Shown here piece after piece: positions 17,419-20,000 of a stretch of DNA of 20,000 bases; positions within the stretch are counted from its first letter, which is position 1, and every line of letters starts with the position of its first letter. The notes below the pieces were generated by a model. The model was not told the origin of the DNA and did not search any database. It saw only the letters and a list, made by a program, of their open reading frames with translations. The translations under genes and the position numbers were made by a program. The stretch spans positions 51,373 to 71,372 of the IMG/VR virus record IMGVR_UViG_3300020191_000009. The stretch is one strand, 5' to 3'. This stretch comes from an uncultured virus (IMG/VR IMGVR_UViG_3300020191_000009). Taxonomy: Duplodnaviria > Heunggongvirae > Uroviricota > Caudoviricetes.

Positions 17419-18152
17419 TGAGCAAGAAACAATATATAGCGACAATCGATGTTGAAACAACGCAAGATCACAAGGTCGCTGATTTTGCTTGCACTATCAC
17501 AGACCGCAAGGGGCGCATTCACGCTCAATGCGCTGTCATGGTTGACGGCATTTTCACGGATGCAGAAAATCACCCGCTCTTTTTTAATAAGGATGCTGGC
17601 CCTTCTGCGCTATGGTCTCGCAAATCAGCAGACCGACGGTATGCAAAATATCAAAAAATGGTACAGGATGGCTCGCGCATGATTGCAAGCGTGGGCGCGA
17701 TTAACCGCTGGTTAGAGCGGGCGGTCGGAAAATACGACCCAATCTTGACCGCTTACAATCTAGGCTTTGATTCTGGCAAAATGTCAAATACTGGAATAGA
17801 TCACTCTATTTTTTCTCAGCGCTTCTGCCTCTGGCAAGCGGCCTGCGTAAAATGGGCATCCTCTACGGCATATAAAAATTTCATCATGCAAAATCATTAC
17901 TTTAATCCGCCTACTGCTTTCGGCAATATGACTTACCAAACCAACGCCGAGGTTATGGCGCGATTCGTTACGGGTCAAGATTTGCCAGACGAGCCACATA
18001 CAGCGTTAGAGGATATTATCGGTTACGAATTGCCTATATTGAACGCAATCATAAAACGCGGTAAAATGTCCGACATCATAGATTCTTGCGTTGGCTATAA
18101 CTGGCGCGACTATCAAGCAAAAAATCATTTTACTGCAAAAAAGGTTGCATGA
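17418..18152 (+). CDS. DEDDh (DnaQ-like) 3'-5' exonuclease (244 aa)
   Basis: ExoI TIDVETT, ExoII AYNLGFD, ExoIII PHTALEDI; start overlaps the dmp stop (TAATG). Confidence 0.88.
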   Translation: MSKKQYIATIDVETTQDHKVADFACTITDRKGRIHAQCAVMVDGIFTDAENHPLFFNKDAGPSALWSRKSADRRYAKYQKMVQDGSRMIASVGAINRWLERAVGKYDPILTAYNLGFDSGKMSNTGIDHSIFSQRFCLWQAACVKWASSTAYKNFIMQNHYFNPPTAFGNMTYQTNAEVMARFVTGQDLPDEPHTALEDIIGYELPILNAIIKRGKMSDIIDSCVGYNWRDYQAKNHFTAKKVA

Positions 18153-18153
18153 T

Positions 18154-18264
18154 ATGAAAACCAAATTGCTCGCTTTAGCTTTCAAGGCTTATATAATTTA
18201 CTCGCTATGCGCTGATTTTATTCTCGTTTGCGGTATAATCTGGCTTCTTTTGGAGACTGTATAA
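18154..18264 (+). CDS. Small hydrophobic peptide (36 aa) MKTKLLALAFKAYIIYSLCADFILVCGIIWLLLETV
   Basis: Translated by hand; fills the gap between the exonuclease stop (18152) and ppk2 start (18266) with 1-nt spacing on each side; AAGGT upstream. Confidence 0.7.
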   Translation: MKTKLLALAFKAYIIYSLCADFILVCGIIWLLLETV

Positions 18265-18265
18265 T

Positions 18266-18883
18266 ATGAAATTAAAAACAGAACAGGCGCGACTGAATCG
18301 CAATCTCGAAAATCTAGCGCTCGATAGAATCTGCGTGGTGCTCGAAGGTCGCGACACTGCCGGAAAATCCTCGACGATTCGCGAGGTGACGCACTATCTG
18401 AATCCTGCGCTTTATTCTGTGCATCTATCGCGCAAGCCTAGCAAGTCCACCATGAAAAAATGGCTTGCGTATTGGTCGCGTAGAATGCCAGCATATAACC
18501 AGATCGTTTTTTATGATCGATCATGGTATAGCCGCGCAATGGTTCAACGCTTAAACGGTTGGTGCTCAGAAACTCAATATAAGAATTTTCTAGCGAATCA
18601 TAAATCATGGGAAAAATCGCAAGGCGTTCGCATGATTAAATTTTGGCTTTCAATTTCCGAGGATGAACAACGCGCACGAATTGAGCGCAGAAAAAAATCG
18701 CCATTGACCTACTGGAAATTTTCCGAGAATGACGAGAATGCGCTCTCATACTATGACCGCATGACTCTATTAAAAGAGCGCGTGATTGATTCTGATTGGC
18801 ATGTGATCGACTACAACGACAAGCGGCAAGGCATCTATTCCCTTTTGGAAACACTCAATACCACACTTGAAAATTTGGAATAG
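18266..18883 (+). CDS. ppk2: Polyphosphate kinase 2 family protein (205 aa, single domain)
   Basis: Walker A VVLEGRDTAGKSSTI, Walker B FYDRSWYSR, IKFWLSISEDEQRARI, PLTYWKFSEND and WHVIDYNDKR are all PPK2 hallmarks; GGAG SD. Confidence 0.93.
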   Translation: MKLKTEQARLNRNLENLALDRICVVLEGRDTAGKSSTIREVTHYLNPALYSVHLSRKPSKSTMKKWLAYWSRRMPAYNQIVFYDRSWYSRAMVQRLNGWCSETQYKNFLANHKSWEKSQGVRMIKFWLSISEDEQRARIERRKKSPLTYWKFSENDENALSYYDRMTLLKERVIDSDWHVIDYNDKRQGIYSLLETLNTTLENLE

Positions 18884-18891
18884 GTCGCGCA

Positions 18892-18907
18892 TGTTTCACG
18901 TGAAACA
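18892..18907. promoter_or_regulatory. parS: parS centromere-like site TGTTTCACGTGAAACA (ParB/Spo0J loading site)
   Basis: Exact 16/16 match to the canonical chromosomal parS palindrome, intergenic, 8 bp after the ppk2 stop. Confidence 0.88.
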
Positions 18908-18911
18908 CTCT

Positions 18912-18959
18912 CGCCAAAAATTTCTTGAAAAAAGCATTGACTTCTTGAAATTTTTGGCG
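18912..18959. repeat. 13-bp perfect inverted repeat CGCCAAAAATTTC-N22-GAAATTTTTGGCG (hairpin/cruciform or possible terminator of the pre-early operon)
   Basis: Arms at 18912-18924 and 18947-18959; also contains TTCTTGAAA twice. No clean U-tail. Confidence 0.7.
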
Positions 18960-18969
18960 CGGGGGCGCC

Positions 18970-19203
18970 AGTGCGAAAGCGAAGTGCAAATCCGATTGGT
19001 GTTACGTCCTTGCGGGTGCGTGTATGGTGGATCAAAAGGTAGTCTTCGGGGAAAGTTGCGGAAAATTTTGTAGAAAATTTGCTCGCGCCGATTATAGTGG
19101 GAAATCGATGCGATGTCAAGGACTTTTTGCGGGTGTGTTGTAATTAGTTTAAATTTGCGCAGGTCTCGGCTGCGCCGAAGCAAGTGCGAAAATGAAGTGC
19201 AAA
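18970..19203 (+). repeat. 21-bp direct repeat AGTGCGAAA(GC/AT)GAAGTGCAAA at 18970-18990 and 19183-19203
   Basis: 19/21 identical; each copy is itself an AGTGC tandem and has GCGCC shortly upstream. Confidence 0.8.
19091..19119 (-). promoter_or_regulatory. Perfect sigma70 promoter TTGACA-17-TATAAT pointing back toward parS/ppk2
   Basis: Minus strand: TTGACA tcgcatcgatttcccac TATAAT; no credible gene downstream on that strand. Confidence 0.8.
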
Positions 19204-19204
19204 A

Positions 19205-19257
19205 TTTACGTACGTAAAAGTGTAACTTTTATACACTTATATGTACGTAAAAGTGTA
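19205..19257. repeat. Nested cluster: palindrome TTTACGTACGTAAA (19205-19218), direct repeat GTACGTAAAAGTGTA (19210-19224, 19243-19257), inverted AAGTGTA/TACACTT (19218-19238)
   Basis: Read directly from the sequence. Confidence 0.8.
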
Positions 19258-19360
19258 CCATGCAGCAAATCGGACTTAATTTGAGATAACCCCGCTTTAT
19301 CTTACCAAACACCCGCCAAACCCAGGATCGCCGCCGTGTGCACGGAATCCCATTAGGTAT

Positions 19361-19390
19361 ATTATACAGGCTTTAGCGGGGTAATGTCAA
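19361..19390 (-). promoter_or_regulatory. Second leftward consensus promoter TTGACA-18-TATAAT
   Basis: Minus strand: TTGACA ttaccccgctaaagcctg TATAAT; no ORF with SD downstream. Confidence 0.7.
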
Positions 19391-19525
19391 GCCCGTGTAG
19401 GGTTAGGTACAATTTAAAAAAATTTATTTGCGCCGAAATTTGACAAAAAACTTGACCCCGCAATGGTCGAGGGCGGCCCCCGGGAATTAGGTTGCGGTTG
19501 CTTATTGACAAAAAAGAAAAAACAT

Positions 19526-19554
19526 TTGACAACGTAATCAAATGGTAGTATAAT
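19526..19554 (+). promoter_or_regulatory. Strong early sigma70 promoter TTGACA-17-TATAAT with upstream A-tracts
   Basis: TTGACA acgtaatcaaatggtag TATAAT, followed by AAGGAG SD and GTG at 19583. Confidence 0.9.
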
Positions 19555-19582
19555 ATACACATATTAAAAAGGAGTATATTAA

Positions 19583-19837
19583 GTGGCAAAGCAAAAGATC
19601 TTTTGTGTGATAGACGACAAAACCTGTGCAATAAAAGGTGCGTACTCTAACTTTGAGACAGCTATCAATTTAGCTAAAGCTTTCTCTACAGTAGAAGACA
19701 TACACCACTCTATAAAGTCTATACCCTTTGACTTCATAGACTTTACAGTGTTGGGCCAAGCAGTAATCAAAAAAACAGAATTTAAAGAGGGTGAGAAGTT
19801 TAAAATTCTTGACCAGAATACCAAAATTGTGGTATAA
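19583..19837 (+). CDS. Hypothetical early phage protein (84 aa)
   Basis: GTG start with AAGGAG SD directly behind a consensus promoter; AT-rich codon style returns here. Confidence 0.8.
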   Translation: MAKQKIFCVIDDKTCAIKGAYSNFETAINLAKAFSTVEDIHHSIKSIPFDFIDFTVLGQAVIKKTEFKEGEKFKILDQNTKIVV

Positions 19838-19838
19838 T
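19809..19838 (+). promoter_or_regulatory. Early promoter TTGACC-18-TATAAT with extended -10 (TGnTATAAT), embedded in the 3' end of the 84-aa gene
   Basis: TTGACC agaataccaaaattgtgg TATAAT, then AAGGA SD and ATG at 19864. Confidence 0.75.
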
Positions 19839-19863
19839 AACTTTATAAATAAAAGGAAAAGCC

Positions 19864-20000
19864 ATGAAATTATATGTAGTATTTGACCCAGAGCAGCAAG
19901 AAGCAGTGTTTATTCACCCTGATTTTCGAGAGCTCAAGAAGTTTATGAAAGAGCTGAGAGACGAGTTAGTAGAGTTAGGTGCTGAAGAAGCAGAAGGGTG
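19864..20000 (+). CDS. Partial hypothetical early protein MKLYVVFDPEQQEAVFIHPDFRELKKFMKELRDELVELGAEEAEG...
   Basis: Translated by hand; AAGGA SD, open to the window edge. Confidence 0.75.
   Translation, partial: MKLYVVFDPEQQEAVFIHPDFRELKKFMKELRDELVELGAEEAEG

Larger units (their letters stand above)
15850..19500. other. Putative terminal-repeat / first-step-transfer (pre-early) segment of a T5-like phage
   Basis: A2-like and dmp genes next to terS, flanked on both sides by structured non-coding DNA, with CG-rich composition distinct from both flanks. Exact ends cannot be seen in the window. Confidence 0.62.

Noticed and set aside
17097..18854. ORFs 17097-17573, 17123-17353, 17449-17682, 17784-17999, 18636-18854
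   Set aside because: Overlap well-supported dmp, exonuclease and ppk2 genes in other frames or on the other strand.
19229..19237. DnaA-box-like TTATACACT
   Set aside because: Single 8/9 match in AT-rich DNA with no cluster.
18970..19257. Possible CRISPR mini-array or tRNA in the repeat-rich spacer
   Set aside because: Repeats occur only in pairs with irregular spacing, and I see no cloverleaf or T-loop motif.
18835..19824. ORFs 18835-19119, 18867-19073, 18896-19183, 19362-19631, 19579-19824
   Set aside because: They run through parS, palindromes and promoter boxes (one starts at a -35 TTG) or lie antisense to the 84-aa gene, and lack SD support.

Overview
This window is the junction between late and pre-early DNA of a T5-like (Demerecviridae-type) lytic phage. 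The family call rests on three proteins I recognise from remembered T5 motifs, not from a database search: terminase small subunit, A2 and Dmp. The left 15.8 kb is a minus-strand operon: terS (consensus sigma70 promoter, apparently leaderless), a coiled-coil/TM holin-like gene, a 4647-aa fibre/adhesin-like virion protein, a small acidic protein and a structural-looking ORF that runs off the window. The giant protein has about 41 short fibre repeats and five split 'capsid-cement/beta-clip-like' domains, each carrying an inserted beta-propeller. From about 15.85 to 16.25 kb there is a non-coding control region with T-tracts, two CGTCAA-N4-TTGACG palindromes, an IHF consensus and a near-perfect sigma54 -24/-12 element. 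A compact, CG-rich plus-strand pre-early cassette follows (two duplicated promoters, A2-like, dmp, a DEDDh exonuclease, three small membrane proteins, polyphosphate kinase 2), with no recognisable A1. Eight bases after the ppk2 stop lies a perfect bacterial parS palindrome, then a repeat-rich spacer with two consensus promoters firing backwards, which resembles an injection-stop region. Early genes with strong promoters begin at about 19.5 kb. The most notable signals are parS, ppk2 and the sigma54/IHF architecture in what is probably the first-injected DNA, and the five-propeller giant protein.
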